From: the human T2T-CHM13v2.0 reference genome, Homo sapiens | Assembly: GCF_009914755.1 (NCBI RefSeq) | Contig: NC_060926.1 | Length of the DNA stretch: 64,000 bases | Direction: 5' to 3' (one strand) | Shown here: piece by piece, positions 34,041-49,206 of the stretch | Layout of the letters: each line of letters starts with the position of its first letter | Position numbering within the stretch: the stretch's first letter is position 1 | Position numbers and translations under genes: made by a program | Notes under the pieces: generated by a model | Told to the model about the DNA's origin: nothing | The model's database searches: none | The model's input: the letters and a program-made list of their open reading frames with translations, nothing else

Positions 34041-36414
34041 CTCCACAGGAAGCAATAAAGAACCGCAAGCTGGAGAGGATTCTGCTATCAGAAAGTTGGA
34101 AGAGTTTAAAGCCCCAATGGATGCCGTAGCTAGAATGGACAGGAGTTGTGGCGCTGAAGATCCCAGAAACTTAGAGCAAATTGAATGTTGGTCTTGGCTA
34201 AAATCTGCTAGTAGAAGACAGTATTGTGCATTCAAATGGCGAACCTCTAGAGACATTTTTACAAAGTTCCTTTAGCCTTCTTAGCTCTCCCTACCACTCC
34301 CACGAAAATGCACTCAGGAGCCACTCCGCTTTGAAGACTGAAGCCCTGGGCAGTGGCTATGCCAAACCATACAGTGTAGGTTTCACCATCAGAACCAATA
34401 GAAAGGAGGAATATACAAGAAGCAGAGAATACCATTCTGGATGAGATTTCCATTCCTTTCCATTTCATTCGAAGTAGTCATAAGCACCCCCAAACTTTGA
34501 ATTCAGCCAGTACAATTTGAGGGAGCCCAGCGGGGAGCCCAGTCGAGAGTTCTCTCAATTTAGAACAAATTAAGAGAAAGTATTAGCTGGAAAGGTATTG
34601 GTCCTAAACTAAGCATCTGAAGGGTATTAAAAATAGTTAATTTTGGGAGAGAAAAAGTTAACATTTGTATTTTTAATAATATTTTCTGATTTTTCTTTCT
34701 CAAATTCCCTTTAAATAGATGTTCCAATGGCAATACAGAGCTGATAAGATCATACCTTAGAAATCAGTTTGCTACAGAATCATGTAGAGCTTTTAAGAGA
34801 ATCAACTAAATATTTAGACATTTCTCAACTAAAGTAAACGGAGGCCTTACTCCTCTGGAGGTTGTCCAGTCACCATCTCATTAGATGCAAAGATCCTGCG
34901 ATAAAGAGAAACTTTTTTTCTTGCCTACATGATTGCAGCCCAGTTGTGGTTTTTAATGTGTCATTGATTGTTTCATCCAACTCCTTTTGCTCCACTGAAA
35001 GGGTCTGTCATAGCTCTGTTTGCTTCCTTAAACACGGTTTTTGAAAGCGCTCACGCTGTGTGAGCTCAAATCCTAGCATTAATGTACTGCTGGGTTCATT
35101 TCACCAAACTCAAAAGCGCTGAGTTTAAATCCCTCTCAATTCCATTTGAGGCACCAGAAGACTTTATCCTTCTCCACTAATGGTTCCAAGTTTACATCTA
35201 GATACTGGGGGTCAAGGACAGGAGAGGATTTAGAAATAACAGTGCATGACATTAGTCAATGCATTTGCCAAATTGGCAATTAGTTCCTGATGTGCGTGCA
35301 AAGCATTTTATTCCTGTCTCTTTGATGCTTGTTCCCATAAAGAAGGGAATAGGGTCCACAGAGGCCTTCAAACTTTTAAAGAAATATCTGCTGAAAATCA
35401 TGCCTGATTTGTGACATGAGCTCAGCCGCAGGGAAGCATCCGGGATTATCCTGGTTATTTTAGTCCTAGGAAAGAACACTGCACGTGGGAAGTTTTTCCA
35501 CTAGAAGAACGTAATGAAAATCAAAAGGCAGGAAAGCGGTACTAAAAGCCCTGCAGGGACCAGAATCAGATGTACCATAAGCGACAGGCCAAGGGATGCC
35601 CAGTTGTTTTTCAGTATGCTTGCTTTATCAACTTCTGACCACCAGGTGGAAGCAAGAAACAGCATGGATGGCATACTGACATCGGACAGCATCGTACTGC
35701 AGCAATGCAGCCTTGTTCTAGGAATGTCTCATTTTGACCTTAAATCCAGTGTGAGAGCTTCACTGCGTCTGAAACCACTATGAGACAGAAGATGATTAAA
35801 ATGATCCTTGTCCCCACTGGGATGATAAAGAGCTATTCTGCTTTGGGCTCAATGAGTTCTGAGCAAGTCTCTGTGTTTGCTGTGAGCACAAGCTAAGGTC
35901 TGCATCTGGGTCGGCATCAGCTTGGTTGTATGAGCTATTAGCCAAGGGAGTTATTCAGTGGGTTGAACTAAGGGGAAAGATATTGATAAAAGAGGCTTTA
36001 ACTGCAGGCATCAATTCATATGGAACTGTAAGTCCAAGCTCCCCCTTTTACTATCTGGGGTAACTTGAGGAAGTTACTTATTTCCTAGTTCTGTAATCTG
36101 CAAAATGGGAGAAATCCTATCATTGTAAAAGTGTTTCCTATGTGCCAGACACAGAACATACACAATTGCTAATCCTATTACTGCCTGCCAAGATCGATGC
36201 TGGGTGGAGTAGCCCGATTCTACAGATGAGGAAACAGAGGCTTTCTCCTAGGCTCACAGAGAGGTGTATACTTATTGGAAATGGCTGAAATCTGCATCCA
36301 AACCTTGTTCTCCTTTCATTAATCATGTTGTATCCCTCTGTCTCATTTTGCAGGATGAGTCTGAAAAATAAATTATATTGAATTGCATCTGCTATAGTGC
36401 CTAACTTTTAGTAG

Positions 36415-36757
<343 letters not shown>

Positions 36758-38473
36758 CTCCATTTGGTTTTTTACACAGTGTGGAAGTTCAGCTGCTCAG
36801 TGACTTGCCATGGTTCAGACCCAGTGACAGGTGTGTGAGAACTGATGCTATCTCTGCTCCCTTAGAAATATTGGCTTTCTTCTAGAGGTCAGAAATACCT
36901 CCAGGCACCAGAACTGACTTTTGTTTTTACTTGCATGGCCTAAACCTTGCCTGAATCCGCACATCCTAAGAGCTGACTCTGAGTTTTCAAATGCCTACCT
37001 AAGTCAGTTGTGTGCCCGTTAAGGCTGTTCTTATTTGGTGATGGGTCCATTCTGCTCCCCACACCTAGACTGCAGTAATATGTCTGCCCACTCTGTACCC
37101 ACAGGGCCTTTCCCTGGGAGAATCCTTGTCATCTACATGCTACATAATGGGTATCCAGTAAGGGCTACTAAATCACAGACAACATTAGTGTTACCATTGT
37201 TAATTTCACCCAAACATGGTATAGTGGAAAGAGTGCTGAAGTTTTCTACAGAGCACACCTGACCACTTCTAGTGCTTCTAGTATTTTACACAAGCCCCCT
37301 ACCTGGCACATAATAAGTAGTCAGTAGATATTTGTGAAATGAAATCAATGACTAAGAGTTAGAAAACCTGAGTTCTAGTTCCAATTGCACCCTCTTGGAC
37401 TCTAAATAATTCTTATTGTCTGCTTTGCAAAGAAGAACATGTAAGTTATTATTCACCTTAATAATGGTAATAATAATTGAGGACTAACTATGAGCTAGAC
37501 ACTTTACATATTTTACTTTACTTTGATTCACAACAGCCTTATCAGATAGAGACAATGTTGTAAACCCTACTTTACTGATGAGAGAGCTGAGGCTTTGAGA
37601 GAGGTATGTGACTTGCTTAGGGTCACCTAACCAGGAAGGGGGTGACCTAGAATATCCACACCTGTTGGACTCCAAGTGGGTCGTAGCCGTATTCCACTTT
37701 ACCTTAATTATCAAAGGGCAGATATAATGATTTGGTAATTAAAACAGTGCCCTAGACTGGGGACTGGCCATAAACTTTTGCAGGTTCATTTCCAAATGAT
37801 TATGTCTTTCCACCCAGACGTGATTTTAGAATCTGTGAGCCTGGCGACATATTTCAGGAGTGTAATCTGAGTGGAGTTCCTACCCTGGGACTCCAGCAGC
37901 CTCCCTCGCTACAGCTAATGAAGCCACTGGCGTTCACTGAATCTATGAACCTCGATTGGGCTCATTACTGTCTCACTTCTGGAGCGCTGCTGAAAGCTCC
38001 TGGGGAGTTACTATTAACATCTTTATTAACCCGTCCCCCAAATCAGTCAGTGAAATTAATTTAGATACACAGCCACTTTGATCTTCATTAATGGTTGCTT
38101 CTAGTTTCTACATTTATTTTTAGTTTTCTCATCTTTAATTTATTTGGTGTCAATTATTAGTTTTTATTGAGGGAGGAGTAGATGATCTTAAAGTAATTAA
38201 GATTAGGAAAAATTGCAAGTGAGTGAAAGCAGGTAAAAAGTATTTTTTCTAAAGTAAAACTCCAAGAATATATACAATTTTAATTTATTAATTAAAAAAT
38301 AATAAATAAATGTTCTTAATGTTAAAAAGAAATAAAAGTTCCTTCCAAGTTGAAGAATAAAAGAGGCCTGCCTCAAGGTGCCAAATAACATGTAAATGGC
38401 TCAAACCAGAGCCTCCTTCTCCATGTTTATGGCCAGTGCTTTGCACCATCAAGCTCTGTAAAACACAGAGCTG

Positions 38474-38826
38474 GGGCTGGGTGTGGTGGCTCACTCCTGT
38501 AATCCCAGCACTTTGGGAGGCCGAGGCGGGCGGATCACTTCTGTAATCCCACCACTTTGGGAGGCCGAGGCGGGTGGTTCACTTGAGATCAGGAGTTCGA
38601 GATCAGCCTGGCCAACATGGTGAAACCCTGTCTCTACTAAAAATACAAAAATTAGCCAGGTGTGGTGGCAGGCACCTGTAATCCCAGCTACTCAGGAGAC
38701 TGAGGCAGGAGAATCACTTGAACCCAGGAGGCAGAGGCTGCAGTGAGCCAAGATCATGCTGCTGCACTCTAGCCTGGGCAACAGAGTGAGACTCCATCTC
38801 AGAAAAACAACAACAACAACAAAAGA
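38474..38826 (+). mobile_element. AluSx with internal 44-bp tandem duplication
   Basis: 38497-38540 repeated at 38541-38584. Confidence 0.9.
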
Positions 38827-39221
38827 AACACACATAAACAGAGCAGGTATACAAGTGGGCTCACCTGAGTTACTTTAACGTTTTTAAAGTAAGGTTTAAT
38901 ATATTTATTTCATTTTTATTTTTCATCCAACCATCTACTTCTTATTTATTCAGCAAATATGTATTGAATGCTAGGTACTAGGGACTGAGAGAGTAAAAAA
39001 TAAATATGACACTGGTACCTGCCTTCCAGGAATATAGTCTAGAGGGGAAAATAAATAAATAATACAATGTGGGAAGTATACTACAGCAGCATTGCCTGGG
39101 GATCTTTAAGAAACTAGGGAAATCTTGGACTTGGCTGTGATATGACAAGAAAGAACAGGAAAATAAAAGAAAAGAAGGAACTAGGGAAATGGCCCTCTTA
39201 ATTTGGGGAATTTAGGGATAG

Positions 39222-39605
<384 letters not shown>

Positions 39606-40512
39606 ACCCCTGCTATTTTATTCAAAGGAAACAGAAGGGGGAAGGAACAGATTTATAGAGAAGGTAATGAGTATAAGGTTTTAACATTTTGAGATTAAGG
39701 TATCTGTGGAACCACAAAATGGAGATATCTAAAAAGCAAGTAGAAATATAAACTGTGAGTACAAAAGTCCAGCCTAGAAATACAGAAGTCACATGCTTAA
39801 ATCGGTATTTAAAGCCTCAGGTGTGAATTTAGTTGCCCAAAGGAGAGAGTGTAGAGAAAGAAGAAAGGACAATGAGGGAACCCTGTGGGGCCAGTACTGC
39901 AGGACTGGGTAGAGGGAAGGGAGTCTTTAGAAGCTGAGAAGGAACAGCCAGAGGAGCTAAAGGAGACTAGTAGGTAATCCTAGCAATACCATGGAAATCA
40001 TATGGCCAGCACTCACTGGAAGAGGGCTGGGTTCCATGCCTGTGTATTCTCAATGCTGAGCTCATTGGCTGCATGTGGTGGCCCTTCAATATTTGTGGAG
40101 ACTACAAGGAGTTGTCAATGTCAAATGATGCCTCATTAAATACAACACTCACTGAAAAGCATGATCAAGCCATAGGTCAAAAATCATTTGTTGGGGTAGA
40201 CAGAGTTCAGTCATAGCCCTGCCTCTAAGAGAGGGGAGAGTCCTGACTATGCCCATTCCCTCCACCTTCTCCATCCACCAGGAGCAAGGCCTGGTCTCTC
40301 CTTCCTTTACAGAGACCTCAGGAACAGGCTTTAGCGGATGGGATATTTTCTCAGAATCCACAGAAAGTTTTGATTCACAATTAGAAAAGTGATACGCTAC
40401 AAATATGAGTTGGAGGACCAAGGTTGAACAATGCCAAGGAGCACCCTCAGTGAGGACACTGGCTTTTAGAGCATCCTGATGATGCTCAAAGGGGACTCTA
40501 AAGCTCGGGAAG

Positions 40513-40848
<336 letters not shown>

Positions 40849-40914
40849 CTAGAGAAACTTCCAAGCCAGCTACCTGAGGAAGAGTGAAGCAAACAGTTTT
40901 GAGGACATGAGTGA

Positions 40915-40915
<1 letters not shown>

Positions 40916-40949
<34 letters not shown>
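40916..40949 (+). repeat. (TG)17 microsatellite
   Basis: Pure dinucleotide run. Confidence 0.95.
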
Positions 40950-40953
<4 letters not shown>

Positions 40954-42244
40954 GGGTGAGGGTGAAGGGCACGTAGGAGAAAAAGAGTTACAGATTTTGG
41001 CAGTGCAGTTTTCAAGTTACTGCTTCAGATAGCGAAATAAGGCTAACAACATTATCAACTATTTAAATATACGGTATCTCAAGAATGCATTGTATTCAGG
41101 AAATTCCAGAGGTGTAGTTCAGTAGACAGCACTATAAGATAACCTTAGGGTGATTGTGGCAAGACTATAGTAACTAGAAAATGTTTTACCTTGAGCTGAG
41201 ACTCAGAATGGTGCAGTGATGTTTTACTAAATCAATCAACAAATCTCTGTTGACTAAGGTTACCAGATTTGAATTCCGTTGTGAAATGAGCTTTATTAAA
41301 TATTTATGAAAAATGGACGGTTTTTACTATGGTAGCAACAGTTCTGCCCTCATTTTGATTTCACTCCACTTAGTTTGGAAATTTAAATGCTCTGCTTTAT
41401 TACTTTCCTTTTGCAACTTTGCTTTTCCTGCCTCGAATTCCAATTGAACTCAAATGAGAACTCTTTTTAGAGAGAACTGCAGAGGGATGAGAAGGAGAAA
41501 AATCAGGTCTAATGATTTACTCTTGTCTTTGGAAGGAGAAGGGAAACAAGCTACCTCCAGACCTATTATTTTTAGAGGCTATTGAAGCCAGAGAAACCAG
41601 ACTCCTCTTGAAATGGTGCTGTGTGAAATGCCTATCTGTTTGTGGATCATTCTCTCACTGATCACTCACAGCTTACCTACTGGGAAAAATCAATGGGAGA
41701 GAGGCAAGGTCATTCAGCCTCAGGTTATCTGCCTGAGTGGGAGGGCAGGCCACAAACAGGCGATGGGCTTTGCTTCTGCTTAATAGCAGCTCCCTGACTG
41801 ACCCGGACACATCCATTCCTGTCTCAGCTAATGTAGCTACAAAATAGAGGTGGGAGGGGCGTCAGCACAATCCTTCTACCCCAAACATGGACTCAAGTAC
41901 AAAATGTTGTTATTCCTGGGGTCCTGGGGCAACTATTACAGGTCATCCTTTTCTGGCAGAATTTACGAGAACTGAATTTTCCCTTGTCATGCTTCCTCTC
42001 TCACATCCCTGAACAAACATATTAAGTATGTGTCAGACACTGTGTTCTGCAACATGTATATACATTGATTAATTAAATTCTTACAACAACCTCATTTGAG
42101 TTGTTACAGATGAGGAAATGAGCCTCAGAGAAGTGTTTGTTGAGTTGCTGGTGAGTGATAGACCCTGCCCTCTTTGCTAGACCAAAGGTCCTCTGCCTTA
42201 GCTCCTCGCTGGAAAATTCTGGAGACCATTGAAGACATAATAAC

Positions 42245-42547
42245 AGCCCAGGCATGGTGGCTCATGCCTGTAATCCTAACACTTTGGGAGGCTGGGGCTG
42301 GAGGATTGCTGGAAACTGGAGTTTGAGACCATCCTGGGCAACATAGGGAGACCCCATCTCTACAGAAAATTTTAAAAATTAGCCAGAAGTGGTGGTGTGC
42401 ACTTATGATCCCAGCTACTCAGGAGGCTGAGGCAGGAGAATGGCTTGAGACCGGGAGGTCAAGGATGCAGTGAGCTGTGATCATGCTCATGCCATTGCAC
42501 TCCAGCCTGGGCAACAGAATAAGAACCTCTTTCAAAAACCAAAAGAA
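42245..42547 (+). mobile_element. AluJ
   Basis: TSD cataataacag. Confidence 0.87.
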
Positions 42548-43502
42548 ACTCATAATAACAGTACAATAAGTAACCAATGTCTGGACCCTTCCCAGGCTAG
42601 TTGAATCAAACCTCAGGGCTTCCTTTCTCGTAAAGGTTTCCAGACGATGCCAGTATGCAGCTCCCTTTGAGAACCTACCTCTCCAAAATGAGAGGTCAGA
42701 ACCAAAAGAAGAAAAGGAATAAGATTAACACTTACTGAGCCCCTACGACTGGCCACGTGCTTAATCTTTTGTAATTCTCCCAGCAACTGGAAAATGATTC
42801 CCATTTTACAGATTTGGAAACTTCTCAATTATTTAACCAGAGAGGCTAAGCAATTTCCCTAAAGTCTCAAAGCTCGTAAGTGGCAAAAAGGAGACTTGAG
42901 CTTGGGCTTGTGTTCATGTTACCATACTACCAAGCTAAGAAACACACCACTGACCCACACTGAGGACTCAGAAGAAATCAAGTCAGACTTAGAGGAACTG
43001 GGGCTTGGAGCAAGTTAGAATTTTAGTAGAAGACATTTAGAGGAGGTTTCCAAGGAGAACTAACAATAAGGCAGAAACACCTGAGTGGGAGAGAGAGGGA
43101 TGTTATGTCAGAAAGGGAGAGAAGCAGGAAAAAAAGAGACAGAGTGAAGAAATTTTTATATTACATTTACTATCCTACTTTCACAACCCTATGCAGTAGA
43201 AACTATTACTATCCCTCTTCTGCAGGTGGGAAAACTGAGGCCCAGTGAGGTTAAGCAATATCTTCCGGTCACACAGCTGGTAAGAGGCATAGTGTGGGTT
43301 CACCCGGGTCCTGGGTCCAAGTGCCTGGCCACGCATTGTTTATACTGCCCATAACTTTTCAAAGGAAGGGAAAGAGGAAGGAAAAGCAGATAGGATTTAT
43401 TTTGTTTAATGGTCCAGAGCAGGCATTTTGCACTCATTATTTCATTGGTTCGCTTCAGGTGAATACCACCTTCAATTTGCATTGAGAAAACTGAGGGTTG
43501 CC

Positions 43503-44472
43503 CCTACAGAATGCGAGAAAATTTTTGCAATCTACTCATCTGACAAAGGGCTAATATCCAGAATCTACAAAGAACTTAAATAAGTTTACAAAAAAAAAAA
43601 ACCATCAAAAAGTAGGCAAAGGATATGAACAGACACTTCTCAAAAGAAGACATTTATGCAGCCAACAGACACATGAAAAAATGTTCATCATCACTGGTCA
43701 TCAGAGAAATGCAAATCAAAACCACAATGAGATACCATCTCCCACCAGTTAGAATGGCAATCATTAAAAAGTCAGGAAACAACAAATGCTGGAGAGGATG
43801 TGGAGAAATAGGAATGCTTATACACTGTTGGTGGGAGTGTAAACTAGTTCAACCATTGTGGAAGACAGTGTGGCGATTCCTCAAGGATCTAGAACTAGAA
43901 ATACCATTTGACCCAGCAATCCCATTACTGGGCATATACCCAAAGGATTATAAATCATGCTACTATAAAGACACATGCACATGTATGTTTATTGTGACAC
44001 TATTCACAATAGCAAAGACTTGGAACCAACTCAAATGTCCATCAATGATAGACTGGATTAAGAAAATGTGGTACATATACACCATGGAATACTATGCAGC
44101 CATAGAAAAGGATGAGTTCATGTCCTTTGCAGGGACATGGATGCAGCTGGAAACCATCATTCTGAGCAAACTATCGCAAGGACAGAAAACCAAACACCGC
44201 ATGTTCTCACTCACAGGGGGGAATTGAACAATGAGAACACTTGAACACAGGGCGGGGAACATCACACACCAGGGCCTGTCATGGGGTGGGGGGCAGGGGG
44301 AGGGATAGCATTAGGAGAAATAGCTAATGTAAATGATGAGTTAATGGGTGCAGCAAACCAACATGGCGCATGTATACCTGTGTAACAAACCTGCAGGTTG
44401 TGCACCTGTACCCTAGAACTTAAAGTACAATAATGAAAAAAATTAAATTAAAAAAATCAGAAAAAAAAAGAA
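43503..44472 (+). mobile_element. 5'-truncated L1PA (roughly L1PA5-7) of about 970 bp: ORF2 C-terminus, 3'UTR and poly-A
   Basis: ORF 43625-44227 is the L1 ORF2p C-terminal region with CCHC motif ending MFSLTGGN; 18-bp TSD agaaaactgagggttgcc at 43485-43502 and 44473-44490. Confidence 0.95.
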
Positions 44473-45329
44473 AGAAAACTGAGGGTTGCCATGGATGGTC
44501 AAAGTATCTTACATGAGGTCTCAGCAAAACTGAAGCAGCAGAGTCTGTATTGAAACCCTAAGTCAGCTAACCCCCAACCCACGTGCCACAAGAACCCCAC
44601 TCAAGTTAGAAAGAGTATTAAAATATTGGAGGCCAAAAACACAGCACATAGACCTCTCAGAAGGGAAAAATAGAAAATGGGAAAGGATGGAAATGGATTT
44701 CATTTTGTTGATTGAAATTGGGAGATGACTGAATGAGGAAATATTTTGATTTTGTTTGGCCAGGGAAGAGCTGTAAATAGGCAGCAGAAAGTGGTTTGAA
44801 GAGAAACATACTAAACAAATGCCAGATATTCTTATCTTTACTGGTTATTTTGAACTTAGGCAAAATCATACTGAACAGAGAGTAAATAACCTGTATAGAC
44901 AATTGCTTCTCTTAGTGCCCACCTGGGACTATAAAATGCCAGCAGAGAGGTCCACATTTGATTGCGCCTGACCTTGAAAACTCAGCTGAAGTCACTTTCT
45001 TTGATCACTCCTTTCACTCTACAACTCTTAGCACTATGAATTCAAATTTTCATTGAACTTCCTTTTGAAATTACAAAATAATATTGTATATGCTTTATTT
45101 CAAAAATGTTTGAGAAAATGGGCAAAGAAGGAAAAAGGGTAAGCCCCTGTAACCACCACCACTATCTAGTGAGTAGTCTTCCAGATCTATGTGCATGCCA
45201 ACATGAACAGATGAGTATTATCAAATTAATTTTTGCCCAACATGATTAAATTCTTTGTTGTGATGAACAGCCTTGGTTTATTCCATTTATATAGGAACTG
45301 GAGGAAGAGATTTTTAAAACCAAAATAAT

Positions 45330-45646
45330 GGTTGGGAACGTTGGCTCATGCCTGTAATCCGAGCACTTTGGGAGGCTAAGGTGGGAGGAACACTTGAGGC
45401 CAGGAGTTTGAGACCAGCCTGGACAAAAAAAAAAAAAGCGAGACTCCCATCTCTAAATAAATTAAAAAACAAAACAAAACAAAAAAAACAGACGTGGTGG
45501 TGTATGCCTGTCATCCCAGCTACTCCAGAGGCTGAGGTGGGAGGATCACTTGAGGCCAGGAGTTCCAGGCTGCAATGAGCCATGATCATGCCAGTGTACT
45601 CACCAGCCTGGGTGAGATCCTGTCTCTAAACAAACTAACAAACAAA
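45330..45646 (+). mobile_element. AluJ
   Basis: Diverged dimer with extra A tracts; aaaataat flanks. Confidence 0.85.
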
Positions 45647-46042
45647 ATAATTACATTTCAGGCCTAAGAAAAATATAAGGCAGAAATACCATTTTGAATG
45701 AGAGTTGAAATATTATTTTCTCAATTTGGAGTGGACAATAAAGGAAATTTGATAAAGAGCATCCATCAGCTTGCCTCCCCTGCAGCTCCTCTTACATAGA
45801 AGAAGCCCTTACATAGAAGAAGCATTCAGTTAGTATTTCTTGAGTGAATGAGAAATCATTCCCTTTTAGGATGGTTTTTGTTTGGGTTAAATGGTATCAA
45901 TACTAAGAATCATGAAAACACATACACCCAAATATAAATGTTATAGAGTGCTCCAATTTTTATTATCACCTATTTTGGAATATTCAAGCCAGGATTCACT
46001 TCCATTTTTACCACAAGTGACATATAAAATTAGCTCCCCTTA

Positions 46043-46351
46043 CTTTATTTTTTATTTTTATTTTTATTTATTTATTTTTTTGAGACAGGGTCTTGCTCTG
46101 TCTCCCAGGCTGGAGTGCAGTGGCACAATCACGGCTCACTGCAGCCTCAACCTCCTAGGCTCAGGTGATCCTCCCAGTTCACCCTTTCAAGTAGCTGGGA
46201 CTATAAACACATGCCACCAGGCTCAGTTGTTGTTGTAGGGACAGGTCTCACTATGTTGTCCAAGTTGGTCTTGAACTCCTGGTCTCAACTAATCCTCCAG
46301 CCTGAGCCTCCCAAAGTGCTGGGATTATAGGCAAGAGCCACCACGCCTGGC
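46043..46351 (-). mobile_element. AluJ
   Basis: Antisense dimer; ctcccct-acttt TSD-like flanks. Confidence 0.85.
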
Positions 46352-46575
46352 TCCCCTGACTTTTTTTTTTTTTTAACCACTTTTGAGTCTTTAAGACTGC
46401 CTCATTATTCATCACATTTCACGCGCGTATACTTGTTCTCCCAAATGAATTGTAAGCTCTGCAGAGGTAGTGGGGTTTCTTTTGATCTGTTTTGTATTCT
46501 TCCCAGCACTTGGTACATGCTCTGCACACAGTGTATGTTAAACAAATGTTTATTGACTTTACTGAATATGTTGAC

Positions 46576-46995
46576 TGTATTAGTTTGCTGGAGTTGCTGT
46601 AACAAAGTCACAAACTGGGTGGCTTAAGCAACAGAAATTTATTGTCTTACAGTTCTGGAGACTGGGAAGTCTGAAATTGAGGTGTTGGCAGAGTTGGTTC
46701 CGTGGGAGGGATGTGAGGGAGAATTTGTCCCAGGTCCCTCTCCTTGGCTTGTTGATGGTCGTCTTCTCCTTGAGTCTCTTCGCCTCACCTTCTCTGACGC
46801 ACGTCTATTTCTGGGTCCACATTTTGCCTTTTTAGGAGGATGTGAGTCAAATTGCATTAGGGCCCACCCTAATGCTTTCATCTTAACTAATTACATCTAC
46901 AATGACCCTATTTCCATATAAGATCATATTCTAAAGTAATTGGGGTTAGGACTTCAACATGTGAATTTTGGGAGCACATAATTCAACCCATAATA
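46576..46995. mobile_element. MLT1B/C MaLR solo LTR
   Basis: tgtattagtttgct...caaactgggtggcttaagcaacagaaatttattgtcttacagttctggag...attcaacccataa. Confidence 0.85.
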
Positions 46996-47181
46996 GTGAC
47001 CTTTCACCAAATCATAAAAATTCAGCAGGAGATGAGGCTTTAAAAATCACATTAGCCTACCTGATACTTGAATCATTTTTTTAAACCAAGCCAAGAAGAG
47101 CATTTAGAATTTTAACAGTATATTTGGCAACAGGGTTTTCGGGTGGATTTTATTTTTTAACGCCCTCTGTATGCTTCCCAG

Positions 47182-47230
47182 AATGGTTCCCACTGCCTAC
47201 GCCTCGAAGCCTTCATGTTGTCTGGAACAG
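47182..47230 (+). CDS. CDK15: CDK15 coding exon (49 nt, phase 1 to 2): (E)WFPLPTPRSLHVVWN(R)
   Basis: tgcttcccAG acceptor; CAG|GTGAGT consensus donor; phases fit both neighbouring exons. Confidence 0.9.
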
Positions 47231-48674
47231 GTGAGTACTACCTCAGGAAGGGATCTTTAAGGGATCTTTAAGCAGGATTGGAGAGACATTTCCCTGGATC
47301 TCAGTCCACTGAACAGCAGCCCCCGAGCACTTCCATGTGGGGGCTCTAAGCTGTAGGAAGATGCCTCTGGAAGCGCCAGACCCCTGAGAGTCTGTTAATT
47401 TTTTTCTATGAACCATTTTACTTTCAGTGAGTTTGGTCGTTAAAATTGTTTTGTGTCCCTCAGCCATGCCCCAGGCCCTGAGAACGAGGGAGTGTTGGTC
47501 TGCAAGAAAACCTAGTGGGTTTATTATTCTCTGACACAGAGAAACCAAATAACATCATTGAGTGGCTATTGGAGGGGGGGCAACTTGATTCATGGGGGTC
47601 ATGCTTTCCCAGGCCCTCTCTACGCAGTCTCGGCTCAGACCAGGGCAGACTTTTATTACCAGCTTTCAACAAATCCCTAGTTTCTTTTGCAAAGTAAAAC
47701 AGATAATAGAGACATTCCGGGAATAGTTAGCTAACTAAGCTGTGCCAGGCAACCTCCGGGCTAAGAAGAACTCAGTGTTTTCGGACAATGACCAATTACA
47801 ATAACCAGTATTATTTGATCTGAGAGTAATTAGCCGAGGCTCTGTTCTTTTTGCTTCAGTGAGGAGGCAAAAAGGGCAATGAGGAAAACATCAGAGACAG
47901 GGGAAACGAGCTCAAATGTCAGAGAAAAACACAGTCTTGCAGGTGGGGAGAAGTGGAAGAGTTTCACTGGCCAAGATCCTGACTGAACACTCGAACATTG
48001 TTTTTCCCTGAAAATATGGTAGAATTTAACTTAACCAAAAGTTGTTTGAATTCTTCACTCTTACTGTTCATTTCCTTTAAAAAGCCTCCACGTAGAATAA
48101 AATATCAGGGTACAAAGAGTAAAATAGGTTAGGAACATAGAACTATGGACTACCAGAGATCTTTCACTGGGAGGGACAGGTATCTCCAGGACATCTGCAC
48201 CCTCCACTCTTATTTTCAACAGCACTGTATAACCTGAAACCTTTTGGAGACAGGTTCTAGGGAACTACTGTTTATCACTTCATTCAAGACGTGCAGTATA
48301 GTCAGGCTCCTTCCCCTCTACCTAGAGATATGTGGATTTTAGCATGGCCCGTGGCTTTCTTTCATGTCACTATCAGCTTCCAAAGTAAATGGCAACTCTC
48401 AACCTGAGAACCATCTTAATACTCCATGCTGCTGCTGCTGCAGCTGCCCCTGTCCCATGGCAGAAGATAGTTCACCAGCCTCCTGCTATCACCCCACCAG
48501 CCTTTCTTTCGAGGGCTGAGCAAGGCTTGAATTCTCTGAATACCTCTCTGGCTTTTCTGACGATATAGCACCCATGGCCTCTGCGCCTTCCCTTGTCCCC
48601 TAGCAATATGTATTCACCTTTTCTCAGACTTCTGGCTTCTCTGCTCAGATCTTTAACACAGGAAGTAATGTCTA

Positions 48675-49001
<327 letters not shown>

Positions 49002-49009
49002 TTAGAGGT

Positions 49010-49206
49010 ATGTTGTCTAATACAGTAGCCATTAGCCACATGTGGCTATTTAACTTCTTAATTTACTTAAATTAAGTTTAAAATTCCATTCTGTTGCACT
49101 AGCTGCATTCCAAGGATTCAGTAGCCACATTGGAGTAGTGACTATGATATTGGACAGAGCAAAAATAGAATATCTCCATCATCATGGAAAATTCCATTGG
49201 CAGCGT
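49010..49206. mobile_element. MER3-type hAT DNA transposon
   Basis: aatacagtagccattagccacatgtggctattt...atattggacagagc. Confidence 0.75.

Larger units (their letters stand above)
32863..34530 (+). repeat. Paired 98-bp direct duplication (32863-32960 and 34433-34530)
   Basis: Manual alignment: 9 substitutions and 2 single-base indels. Confidence 0.9.

Noticed and set aside
43625-44227. 200-aa ORF as a novel gene
   Set aside because: L1 ORF2p C-terminal remnant inside a TSD-bounded truncated L1
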